Shown here: piece by piece, positions 16,198-24,272 of the stretch
Layout: each line of letters begins with the position of its first letter
How positions within the stretch are numbered: the stretch's first letter is position 1
Assembly: GCA_016764955.1 (NCBI GenBank)
Contig: JAESQZ010000056.1
Span: forward strand, 1 to 45,610
Source: Deltaproteobacteria bacterium
GTDB taxonomy: Bacteria > Myxococcota > UBA727 > JABDBI01
DNA length: 45,610 nt
Direction: 5' to 3'
Program-made: the position numbers and the translations under genes
The notes under the pieces: model-generated
Seen by the model: the letters and a program-made list of their open reading frames with translations, nothing else
Told to the model about the DNA's origin: nothing
Databases searched by the model: none

Positions 16198-16799
16198 TTT
16201 TTTGTCCTCTCAAAAATGTAATTTTTTCCTTCTATCTTGTCAATTTCATATTTGCCTTCAGTACAGCTTAGTACATTCAAATAATTTCTGACAGACTGTG
16301 TTGAACCACTTCCAGTTTTCTTTTTACATCGTAGTACGATGCAGCTAACTCCATCAGATAAGAGATATCTTGGCTTCTTTTCAGTGATTTTTTCAGTTAA
16401 GAAATTTTCAGTAATTTCATAATGAGCTCGGTTTAGGTCAATCTCTTTGTGTTCTTGTGTGTCGTTTGTTCTCTCTCTCGCTCTCAGAGACTCAAAATCA
16501 AAAGTTTCTTCCCATGCTTGATTTTTCTTAATTAGTTCTCTTGCTAGTATTTGTAAATCAAAATCTTTATTCTTGTCCTCATTGCATTTCCAATGAACTT
16601 TTGCTAGATTCCATAATGCGTGATTTTTTCCATCATTGTCTAGATGCTCCCATGTTTCTTTCCATAGAGTGTGTCCAGGAAGGAATCTTTGTTCACAAAA
16701 GCAACAAACACGTTCTGCTCCATGAGGATAATCTCTTTCATTCATCAAAGGAGTTCTTTTCACTTGAACGTTTACTGTGAGACTCACTGCAGGAGGCAT
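16194..16799 (-). CDS. HNH endonuclease domain protein
   Basis: 201 aa with CCFCEQRF...WEHLDNDGKNHALWNLAKVHWKCNEDK, which fits CxxC, H, N, N, HxxC of the HNH motif. GGGGGAG lies upstream of the ATG. Confidence 0.7.
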   Translation of the reverse strand: MPPAVSLTVNVQVKRTPLMNERDYPHGAERVCCFCEQRFLPGHTLWKETWEHLDNDGKNHALWNLAKVHWKCNEDKNKDFDLQILARELIKKNQAWEETFDFESLRARERTNDTQEHKEIDLNRAHYEITENFLTEKITEKKPRYLLSDGVSCIVLRCKKKTGSGSTQSVRNYLNVLSCTEGKYEIDKIEGKNYIFERTKK

Positions 16800-16834
16800 C
16801 TATACGCTCCCCCCTTTTTGATTGTAGAGAGAAA

Positions 16835-16853
16835 CACAACGTTTACCGTTGTG
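16835..16853 (-). other. intergenic hairpin
   Basis: cacaacg-tttac-cgttgtg: 7-bp stem and 5-nt loop, flanked by GA-rich runs, in the 65-nt gap before the HNH gene. Confidence 0.5.
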
Positions 16854-16864
16854 GAGAGAGAGAA

Positions 16865-17083
16865 TCATCTTTTGATCATCCCCAAAGAGTCAACCTTGTC
16901 AGCACCATAATATTCCCTAAGAGCTGCTAGTTTTCGTTTAGATGGAACAGAATAATTTATGCGTTTTTTTACTAGTTTGATTCCTTTATTTTTCTCAGAT
17001 GTAATGAATTTGTCAATTTTAAATTCAAAGGCATGAGCAAAAACTAGTCTTCCAGTTGCAGGAATAATAGCAGCCCAACCCAT
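16865..17083 (-). CDS. hypothetical protein
   Basis: 72-aa ORF on the coding strand. Confidence 0.55.
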   Translation of the reverse strand: MGWAAIIPATGRLVFAHAFEFKIDKFITSEKNKGIKLVKKRINYSVPSKRKLAALREYYGADKVDSLGMIKR

Positions 17084-17520
17084 CAGGCCACAATCTCCCT
17101 TCCAAGTTCAACTAGTTTATCGCATACAGTACAAAGATGTTCACGCTGTTTTTTCTCATTCCAAAAAATTACATCTGCCTGACATTCAGGGCATTTAGTT
17201 TGTGTAAATACTCCTCCAGATTCGAAGAGAGGTTTTGATTTTTGTTTTGTTTTTAATTTTCTTGTTCCTAATCTTGCAGATTGATATTCAAGAGCTTTGG
17301 TTAATCCAGTAGTTTTGAAAAATTGAATTTTAGCTTGACATGTGAGACATTCTACATGAAAATCTTTTCTATCATCTATTTTAATTTCAAATAGATTTGA
17401 ATTCATATTAATTCCACACATGGTTCTTTCAATGTTATTTCTCAAAACAAAATGCAGATACAACACTCCTTGTCTTTGTCTTCTATGGTGGGTTCTAGTC
17501 CAGAATCCATCAGGAATCAT
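17083..17520 (-). CDS. double zinc-ribbon protein
   Basis: 145 aa with CLTCQ and CPECQ...CTVC. Confidence 0.6.
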   Translation of the reverse strand: MIPDGFWTRTHHRRQRQGVLYLHFVLRNNIERTMCGINMNSNLFEIKIDDRKDFHVECLTCQAKIQFFKTTGLTKALEYQSARLGTRKLKTKQKSKPLFESGGVFTQTKCPECQADVIFWNEKKQREHLCTVCDKLVELGREIVA

Positions 17521-17906
17521 TAGAGATTTACCTCCAGTGTAGGTTTTGATGTGAAAATTTTCATTGGAAGAACTATGATTTCATTTCCACTTACATTGTA
17601 GAGACTAGGATTAAATTTTCTGAAGAGTTTGATTTTATTGCAACTAATCCAATGTGGCTCATTTAGTTTACTTGAAATTAAAATTAATAATTTTGATTCT
17701 ATTCCATGATTATTTCTTTCATAAAGGTATGACATGATGGATTTGTTGATTCCAAATCCAGCCCAACCAAATTCTCTCCTCCAACCAAGCTCTCTTCCTG
17801 CAACTTTGAAAGGATCAGTGATTTCTAGGATGATTGAGTTATTGTTTGGATTTACTGTAATTTCTTGATGACCTAATATTTTGGTGAAATTTTGCTGAAG
17901 GCTCAA
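17520..17906 (-). CDS. hypothetical protein
   Basis: 128-aa ORF with overlap coupling. Confidence 0.6.
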   Translation of the reverse strand: MSLQQNFTKILGHQEITVNPNNNSIILEITDPFKVAGRELGWRREFGWAGFGINKSIMSYLYERNNHGIESKLLILISSKLNEPHWISCNKIKLFRKFNPSLYNVSGNEIIVLPMKIFTSKPTLEVNL

Positions 17907-18100
17907 ATTAAAATATCCTCCTTTTTCTGAAATGGTATTTTCCGCCTGATTTTCTCCTTTCTGTAGTGATAAACGCTATCTAGGCATCGATTACAACAAT
18001 CCATCGTGTCATCAGGATTTGGATTTCCCTTGAAAGTGACTATCCAATCAGGAGTATTATCACAGCAATTGTGAATTAGGAGAGAATCTAGAAGGACCAT
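17903..18100 (-). CDS. hypothetical Cys-rich protein, first gene after the large non-coding region
   Basis: The track start is GTG at 18121. An ATG at 18100 is preceded by GGAGG (plus-strand cctcc at 18110-18114) with a 9-nt spacer. Confidence 0.55.
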   Translation of the reverse strand: MVLLDSLLIHNCCDNTPDWIVTFKGNPNPDDTMDCCNRCLDSVYHYRKEKIRRKIPFQKKEDILI

Positions 18101-18279
18101 ACTGCTAATCCTCCTAGACACTTTTCCATTTCTGGAAGGCCTAGAAGGAAAACAGTTTCTACATGTATTCCAAGTGACGATGTAAGAGATGATTTGACAT
18201 AAGAATTCAAAATGAATTCTACAGTATGACTATAGTTTTCCTTCAGTTTCTTTTTCTCCCTTTTGATTTTTTATACATA

Positions 18280-18396
18280 CTAGGCTAACGAGAGATAATA
18301 CTGAATGATAATTAAAGTTACTACTGTTATAACTTTTATACAATGGTTAGCTAATAATTGACAAGGAGTGACAGGCAATGTTCCTTTTGAATACAT
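18280..18396 (-). CDS. possible hydrophobic micro-ORF, 38 aa, headed by the GCCTAGATATG motif
   Basis: MYSKGTLPVTPCQLLANHCIKVITVVTLIIIQYYLSLA. Supported only by its shared start context with two bona fide genes. Confidence 0.25.
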   Translation of the reverse strand: MYSKGTLPVTPCQLLANHCIKVITVVTLIIIQYYLSLA

Positions 18397-18433
18397 ATCT
18401 AGGCGGATTGTTTTGAATTGTAGCCTGTCACTC
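18366..18433. repeat. 11-bp inverted repeat bracketing the motif at 18394-18404
   Basis: gagtgacaggc (18366-18376) and gcctgtcactc (18423-18433), separated by 46 nt. Confidence 0.8.
18394..18404 (-). promoter_or_regulatory. GCCTAGATATG motif copy in the integrase-proximal non-coding region
   Basis: Minus strand reads ccGCCTAGATATGtat. Confidence 0.5.
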
Positions 18434-18657
18434 TGGAAATAAAAATTTTATAATTTCAAATAATTAATTCCTGATCGAAACATAAAGTTTCATTAATTTA
18501 ATTTTCATAATTACAAATTGTAACAGAGGCATATAAAATAGATCTATAACAGTATGAAAAAGATTTTATTTGAGAAATAGGCATGTGTGAAGTCCACATG
18601 ATATGATTTTCATTTTTATGTGAATTAGGAGAAATTGTTATAACAAATGGATAGCGA

Positions 18658-20247
18658 TCAGGAATCTTTCTTTGTTTTTAGTTCATCAATCTGTTTTTGT
18701 AATTCCTTTAGAGTGTGAATTACCATGTCATCTTTTCTTTTACCTTGAGCCACTAGATTTTCAATTTGCTCTTCAGATAATTTTAATTTCTTATCAAAAT
18801 TAGAATTGAGTTCATCTATCACATCTTTAGGAGTTTCATCACCTTGGACTATGGATGCAATTTTGCTAAAAATATTAATCAGTTTAGAACATTTTGCAAA
18901 CTCACTACGAAATTTAGTTGGAAATAGTGTGGCTACTTTTTCATAACTGTCAGGTTTATGACCAATTGCAATATCTGCAGCCCATGTAGCAGCACCGCAT
19001 GCAATCATTGTTGATTTTAGCAAATCTCTAGCTTCATGGGAATCCACATTGTATGAGTTTAGTTCAGGTAATTTTTTTAACACACCTGATTTTTTAGCTA
19101 GTTTGAAGAAATGCTTGAAAACCCAACCCAAAGTAATAGGACCACCATTTCTATTAACGAATAATGGTTTTCCAGTCATCATGATTTGGCCTGTTATCTT
19201 TTCCCGATAGTTTAGATATGATTGAATAGCCTCAATTGCATCAACATCTAATCCTCCTGGATGTCTGAATGTGGTTTTGATTCTTACATGCTCAGTTATT
19301 ACAGGACATTTTTTTAAATCCCAAGTGTTATGATCATCACTTCCAAACCATTTTACCAATAGAGGCCAAACTTCAAAGTTGAATCTATCTACAAGAGTAG
19401 AGGCATCAAGTCCTCTATGAAATTTAGATACAAATACTGCCTTTTCTGTAGCATCAGGTTTTCCCAGAGTCATTATCTGCATGAAATCAACAAGTGACAT
19501 TTCCTGTTGTTCTGCTGCCTCATCAGATGAAGTGTACAGAGTTTTAGGATCAAAACTAATTGAAATGGATTGATCATTTTTCTCAAAATAAGACAAGATA
19601 GAGCTCTTGATTGCTTTCATGTAGCTTGCCATTTTGCCCTCGTGTAGTTCTGTATCCATCAAATATTTTTTAATAATTTTTACTACTGCAGTTCGATTAG
19701 GAATTGGTTGAGTTAGTAAACCAAATAACTCCTCAATGTTTTCAAATTTCATTTCAAGTTCTACTTGTTCAAACACATTTTCTTTGATCTGTGTTGTTTT
19801 TTTGATTTTTTGTGTTTGTACAATTAACCATTTATTAAAATTCCAAAGTTGCTGAATGTAAAGAGAGCGTACAGTTCCTCTATTACCAATTTTTACATTC
19901 TTCATTTTAGAACCTCGTAGCTGCATACTCCAATAATCAACAGTTTCTAATTCTTTGAACCATTTTGGAACAGTGGCATCACTAGTTTTTCTTTTTAGAA
20001 TTTTTAGATCGGTTCCAACTCGTATAGAAACTGACAGAACAGATTGAGCTGAAATAAGCGTACGGTTATTTGATTTCATTAATGTTAGATTATTATTATA
20101 AAATTCTCCTGGAGAGAAGACATAACCTACAGTATCAAATTTTTCTAGGATTTCTCTGTGTCTCTTTTGGATTCTTACATCATATTTTTTTGAGGGATCA
20201 AAAGCTTCAATTACTTCATATTGATATTTTGAGCCACGAGCTGACAT
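18658..20247 (-). CDS. int: tyrosine recombinase / integrase (large, 529 aa)
   Basis: C-terminal catalytic signature: SHEARD (HxxR) ... IGHKPDSYEK (GH...Y). The track start is TTG at 20268; the first ATG is at 20247 (MSARGSKY). A TATA-like aaatatttta lies about 26 nt upstream of that ATG. Confidence 0.8.
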   Translation of the reverse strand: MSARGSKYQYEVIEAFDPSKKYDVRIQKRHREILEKFDTVGYVFSPGEFYNNNLTLMKSNNRTLISAQSVLSVSIRVGTDLKILKRKTSDATVPKWFKELETVDYWSMQLRGSKMKNVKIGNRGTVRSLYIQQLWNFNKWLIVQTQKIKKTTQIKENVFEQVELEMKFENIEELFGLLTQPIPNRTAVVKIIKKYLMDTELHEGKMASYMKAIKSSILSYFEKNDQSISISFDPKTLYTSSDEAAEQQEMSLVDFMQIMTLGKPDATEKAVFVSKFHRGLDASTLVDRFNFEVWPLLVKWFGSDDHNTWDLKKCPVITEHVRIKTTFRHPGGLDVDAIEAIQSYLNYREKITGQIMMTGKPLFVNRNGGPITLGWVFKHFFKLAKKSGVLKKLPELNSYNVDSHEARDLLKSTMIACGAATWAADIAIGHKPDSYEKVATLFPTKFRSEFAKCSKLINIFSKIASIVQGDETPKDVIDELNSNFDKKLKLSEEQIENLVAQGKRKDDMVIHTLKELQKQIDELKTKKDS

Positions 20248-20361
20248 GATAACACAAATACGCAACAAGTGGTTAAAATATTTGGCTAATAATGGTGAGT
20301 AAATGAAAGTTTACAACCCATTTTGGGTGAGATATTTTATTGACTTGTCGTGTTTTCGTTC

Positions 20362-20553
20362 CTAATTTTCAATAGATTGGATTGTGTAAATTACCATATC
20401 AATTCCCAAATCCTGAGATAAAATTGACAGCTCTTCTGTAATAATATCTACATGTTTTTCTTGTCTGTCAGATAATTTGGTTCTAGGATTATTATTTAGA
20501 ATACGAATGTGTTTTGATAATGGGATAAGTTTAGCATCAAGATCAGTCATCAT
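20362..20553 (-). CDS. hypothetical protein
   Basis: 63-aa ORF between the HExxH protein and the integrase. Confidence 0.5.
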   Translation of the reverse strand: MMTDLDAKLIPLSKHIRILNNNPRTKLSDRQEKHVDIITEELSILSQDLGIDMVIYTIQSIEN

Positions 20554-21041
20554 TAAGATAAATGAACCCTGATATCAATAATTGACAATCTAAATCGTAG
20601 CTTGAACCAATTCCAGTTCCAGTAGTTGAATTGTTTGAAAAATCTTTTTGTTTCATTGTGTACTGCAGTGACATGTAAATGACTAGATGTATCAAAATCT
20701 AATTCTTCAAGCATCCTAGCATGACAAATTTCATGCTGTACTCTATCACCATTAACATGATGAGTTCCCCAATCATTTACATCAATTAGGAATAATACAA
20801 TTTTTCTAATTCCTGTATGCCCTGAAGGTATTCCAGCATTAAGCTTGCCTCCACTAGTTGATAATGTATGCTTGAAGAATGATAAATTAGTATGAGATAC
20901 AGGTCTGAGTTCAATATCCCAATCATTTAGAAATTGTTTAATTTTCTTTTTGTCATATTGGTATAATTCTGCTAAAATATACCAAATCATTTTTAGATAT
21001 AGTCTCTCATTGAGATCATCAGTGAAGAATTTAACAGGCAA
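20553..21041 (-). CDS. HExxH zinc metallopeptidase-like protein
   Basis: 162 aa. HEICH at residues 103-107, with further His residues (HLH) about 15 aa downstream. Confidence 0.5.
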   Translation of the reverse strand: MPVKFFTDDLNERLYLKMIWYILAELYQYDKKKIKQFLNDWDIELRPVSHTNLSFFKHTLSTSGGKLNAGIPSGHTGIRKIVLFLIDVNDWGTHHVNGDRVQHEICHARMLEELDFDTSSHLHVTAVHNETKRFFKQFNYWNWNWFKLRFRLSIIDIRVHLS

Positions 21042-21042
21042 G

Positions 21043-21312
21043 TTAGAATCTCGTTTTCTCAGTAGTGTTTAATTTTCGTACAGCCTCAAGCATTTCCTTT
21101 CTTGTAGCATCAAATTCTGAAATTACCTGAGTTCTTGCATTAACAAAATCTACTACACTATCAAAATCTCTAACCTTGATTTGAGATAATGCTTCAGATA
21201 ATTGTACAGTGAGATCTTCAGTCATTGCAGATAATTTAGACATAATTTTTCCAGTCCTTTTTTCTTTGAAGGATTTTTTTCGTTTGATTTTATTTTTAGT
21301 ATTTCGTGACAT
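21043..21312 (-). CDS. hypothetical basic/helical protein
   Basis: 89 aa with a K/R-rich N-terminus. Confidence 0.55.
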   Translation of the reverse strand: MSRNTKNKIKRKKSFKEKRTGKIMSKLSAMTEDLTVQLSEALSQIKVRDFDSVVDFVNARTQVISEFDATRKEMLEAVRKLNTTEKTRF

Positions 21313-21327
21313 GGTTAATCAAAAAAA

Positions 21328-21630
21328 TTAATTTTTAGCTAGTGATTTACCTAGTTTGATAGCTGAAAGGGTTCCACCTGTACCAATAGATACACCAAGC
21401 ATCAAAAGGAAAGCATCATAACTTTCTACAATTTTATCAATGAATCGACCTAGGTCAATTGTTCCAGTAACGGTAAGATTTTTCATTAGTTCGGGATGGA
21501 AGAACACAATAACTAGAGTAATAATTGCACCAGCTCCAACAACACCGAAGACTAGGAAAATTAACATAGTCAAGCCTTCTTGTCTGCCAGCTCTGCCTAT
21601 TGCTTTTTCATCGTCATCTTGTACACTCAT
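21328..21630 (-). CDS. membrane protein with two predicted TM helices (holin-like size)
   Basis: 100 aa with hydrophobic stretches LTMLIFLVFGVVGAGAIITLVIVFF and FLLMLGVSIGTGGTLSAI. Confidence 0.6.
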   Translation of the reverse strand: MSVQDDDEKAIGRAGRQEGLTMLIFLVFGVVGAGAIITLVIVFFHPELMKNLTVTGTIDLGRFIDKIVESYDAFLLMLGVSIGTGGTLSAIKLGKSLAKN

Positions 21631-21659
21631 TGAAAGATTTTGAGTTTATGTAATTAAGA

Positions 21660-21668
21660 GAACTATTC
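21660..21668 (-). promoter_or_regulatory. GAATAGTTC box
   Basis: Minus strand reads cGAATAGTTCtct, 29 nt from the ATG at 21630, with T/A-rich cttaattacataa between. Confidence 0.55.
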
Positions 21669-21944
21669 GTTAAACATTTGTTTGGCTAATTTTTCTAATT
21701 CTAGAGAGTCTTTAGGATGATTAAATCTCTGGGTTTCATCAATCATCCTAGATTGAATTGCTAGAAATTTCTTGATTAACATGATGTCTTCTTTAGAGTC
21801 ATAAGTTGCTTGTTTAATTGCTGTAAAACATTCAGTTTTTTTCTTTATGAAATAAATTGCCAATGCTGAAATTACTGTTCCTATAATTCCTGCAATTACT
21901 AGAATGAATGATTGAATAAAATTTTCTAACATGATGAAACTCAT
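21663..21944 (-). CDS. membrane protein with one N-terminal TM helix
   Basis: 93 aa with FILVIAGIIGTVISALAIYFI. The start may be the in-frame ATG at 21932 (see the box at 21961). Confidence 0.6.
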   Translation of the reverse strand: MSFIMLENFIQSFILVIAGIIGTVISALAIYFIKKKTECFTAIKQATYDSKEDIMLIKKFLAIQSRMIDETQRFNHPKDSLELEKLAKQMFNE

Positions 21945-21960
21945 ATTTTAAATAATTAGA

Positions 21961-21968
21961 GAACTATC
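21961..21968 (-). promoter_or_regulatory. GAATAGTTC-like box
   Basis: Minus strand reads aGATAGTTCtct. It is 16 nt from the ATG at 21944 but 28 nt from the in-frame ATG at 21932. Confidence 0.45.
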
Positions 21969-21969
21969 T

Positions 21970-23736
21970 CTAAGAATCAACTAGAACGTTATCTGTATCA
22001 GCTAGAGAAGTTCCTGAAGCATTAACCAAAACACATCTTACAGTGATTGAATCTCCTGGACTAAAAGCTCCTTCTCTAATTACCTCAACTTTGTTTTCTA
22101 ATGCATTTAGATCATCAGAGGGAGGTTGGTTTCTAGAATATGAATTGGCTATAGTTGTAGTTCCTGTATCATAAATTGTATCAAAATATTCCTGAACACT
22201 TGATTGTAATCTCCAAGTTACTAGAGCTATCTCATCTCTTGTAGGTGAATCAGGATAAGTAACTTTGATTCGGATTTGTCCTGTTGCTGGAGAAGTGACT
22301 GTTAGAGTTGGTTTAGATGGTGTAGATAGTGTTCCAGTGGTATCACTAACAATAGTCGAGAATGGTCCATTCACTTGATTTTTTAGAATTCTTGCATGTC
22401 CGTAAAATAATGTACTTTCAACTTGTGATTCAGTTTCAAAAATTACATTAGTTTGGCCTGTCACTCCAACAGGTCGAGTAATTTTTGTACTTCCTCCCTG
22501 ACCTGTAAAGCTCCCATTGCCATCTACTGCATTTGATAAATTCCATTCAACCTCAGCTATGTTAATTCCTGCCTCAAGTGTTACTGTAAATTTTAATTTA
22601 GTTCCTACATTCTCAAAAACTACTGTAGGAGCTGCAAGAGCTGAAGTTGTAGCACTAGCTAGTATTGTACTAATTAGAGTCCCAAATTCATTTCTGACTT
22701 CAAAAATATAATCATGTAATGTATTTGGAGGAAGAAAATCATCATCATACGTGTTTGTTACTCCCGAAGATGGAGTATCATCTTTCACTACAGTCTCTAA
22801 AGGAATTCCCAAGTCTCTAATCAAAGTGAACCGTAATTGTTTTCCAGTAGGTTGAGTCCATGAAGCCCTTATTGTGTTAAAATCAAGTGCTGTAACTGAG
22901 AATCCTACATCTCCTGCATTGTATGAACCATCAGTGTTAGTTTGGAGTGGTCCAATATAATCAGAATTGCCAACGTCATTTTTTGCCCTTACCCAAAAAT
23001 AGTATGTAGTTCCTGCAGATAATCCATTTACAGTAACTTTGGTATCAGTCAGATTTTTTGTTGCAGCATCAGTGATAGGAGTATCTGGAACTCCGTTAGT
23101 TTCTGCAGCAGAGAGAGAATATTCCACATCATAAGTTAATGGAAGACTACCTATTGCTGAAGGATCCCATAAGATATCTATTGTAGTATCAGTGTGTCCA
23201 GATGAGACAACGTTTAGAGGAATAGTTGGAGCTAGCTCAGATTCATCGTTTTTTTTTGTAGTTCCAATGTTGATAGTAGATTGGTCTGTACTCCAAAATG
23301 ATATGTCAAGAAAATCATTAACTGCAGTAACTATCAAAGGACTACTTCCAATTCCTGAAACTATGGTTCCTCCAAGTGTAATGATTGGATCAGTTGAGCG
23401 AATGTGTAATCGTATAGTACATAATAGTAATGTTGGAATGTGTGCAAATGTTATAGTTGTATTTCCATCTACATTCCCTGTAAGTTGTCTATCACTGTGA
23501 ATTCCAAAATCAATTACTAGAGGATTTGTAATATCTCCAAGTTCTGAAATTTTTAATGGATTTGGATTTATGTTTGGAGATCCTCCGTCTACTGATTCAC
23601 TTCCAGAGCTTCCTATTCCTCTTGCAGATTCTGATCCTCCTATTTTTAATGATTCAAGTAAATCTCGATTGTTTTTCTTTTGGAATTTTATGATTCTTGA
23701 TTCGGTATTTGTTTGTCTAGTAGCTCGAGTTGACAA
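21970..23736 (-). CDS. tail fibre/adhesin with fibronectin type III-like domains
   Basis: 588 aa, TTG start. FN3 pattern at residues 169-264 (TIDILWDPS...TYDVEYS...LSAGTTYYFWVRAKNDVGNSDY), then a second similar unit (IRASWTQP...HDYIFEVRNEFG). Confidence 0.6.
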   Translation of the reverse strand: MSTRATRQTNTESRIIKFQKKNNRDLLESLKIGGSESARGIGSSGSESVDGGSPNINPNPLKISELGDITNPLVIDFGIHSDRQLTGNVDGNTTITFAHIPTLLLCTIRLHIRSTDPIITLGGTIVSGIGSSPLIVTAVNDFLDISFWSTDQSTINIGTTKKNDESELAPTIPLNVVSSGHTDTTIDILWDPSAIGSLPLTYDVEYSLSAAETNGVPDTPITDAATKNLTDTKVTVNGLSAGTTYYFWVRAKNDVGNSDYIGPLQTNTDGSYNAGDVGFSVTALDFNTIRASWTQPTGKQLRFTLIRDLGIPLETVVKDDTPSSGVTNTYDDDFLPPNTLHDYIFEVRNEFGTLISTILASATTSALAAPTVVFENVGTKLKFTVTLEAGINIAEVEWNLSNAVDGNGSFTGQGGSTKITRPVGVTGQTNVIFETESQVESTLFYGHARILKNQVNGPFSTIVSDTTGTLSTPSKPTLTVTSPATGQIRIKVTYPDSPTRDEIALVTWRLQSSVQEYFDTIYDTGTTTIANSYSRNQPPSDDLNALENKVEVIREGAFSPGDSITVRCVLVNASGTSLADTDNVLVDS

Positions 23737-23765
23737 TGAATTAGATCAGAGTGAATAAGTTTAGA

Positions 23766-23774
23766 GAACTATCC
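23766..23774 (-). promoter_or_regulatory. GAATAGTTC-like box
   Basis: Minus strand reads GGATAGTTCtct, 29 nt from the TTG start at 23736. Its TAG is the stop codon of 23769..24272. Confidence 0.5.
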
Positions 23775-24272
23775 ATAAAGCCTGTTAGGATATTTATCTA
23801 AAAATATTTTATAACATTGAGGATCTTCTTGTGCTGTTTCTTTAGACATTACACCTCCAAGTTGATAGTTCCTTAATTCAGGAGTGGTTTTTTTGTCAAG
23901 AGAATCAAAATAATCAATAAAGATGGATGCTCTATAACCATCATCAAGCCAATCTCCATTACTAGCAGCGTTCAAAAAGGATTCACGTTCTTCTGAAAAA
24001 TTATCTAAATACCATTGAGAAGGATTTGGTTGTTCATACTCTATTCTCTGAACAAGATACACATCACAAACAGAATCAATAGGCCAAGTATTTGTAACAA
24101 AATTCAAAGTAGATGTATCAAATTCAATAGATTCAGAGATTGATTCATCTACATTAGTAAACAAAACAACTCCTACAATTACAGCTATAATTAGAGGGAT
24201 TGAAGCTAGTTTCATGTTCATGCTCAAAATCAAGCGATCTAATAGAAAAACAATGCTATTCAACTGGACCAT
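23769..24272 (-). CDS. membrane-anchored protein
   Basis: 167 aa with N-terminal TM ASIPLIIAVIVGVVLF. Overlaps the upstream gene by 13 nt. Confidence 0.6.
   Translation of the reverse strand: MVQLNSIVFLLDRLILSMNMKLASIPLIIAVIVGVVLFTNVDESISESIEFDTSTLNFVTNTWPIDSVCDVYLVQRIEYEQPNPSQWYLDNFSEERESFLNAASNGDWLDDGYRASIFIDYFDSLDKKTTPELRNYQLGGVMSKETAQEDPQCYKIFLDKYPNRLYG

Noticed and set aside
16835-16853. The hairpin before the HNH gene as an intrinsic terminator.
   Set aside because: It is not followed by a clear oligo-T tract on the coding strand (only ttt), and a G-rich ribosome-binding-like sequence and the next gene follow immediately. I kept it as an unexplained hairpin only.
18203-18221. Small palindromes (a gaattc pair and other 5-7 bp hairpins) in the non-coding region as specific restriction or regulatory sites.
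   Set aside because: Stems of 5-7 bp are expected by chance in AT-rich DNA. I treat only the 11-bp inverted repeat and the recurrent 11-mer as significant.
23249-23257. A third A9 run (on the minus strand) as another frameshift site.
   Set aside because: It is read through in frame (GTTKKNDESE) inside the 588-aa FN3 protein. The -1 frame hits a TGA after two codons, so there is no extension product. It is useful only as an internal control for homopolymer calling.
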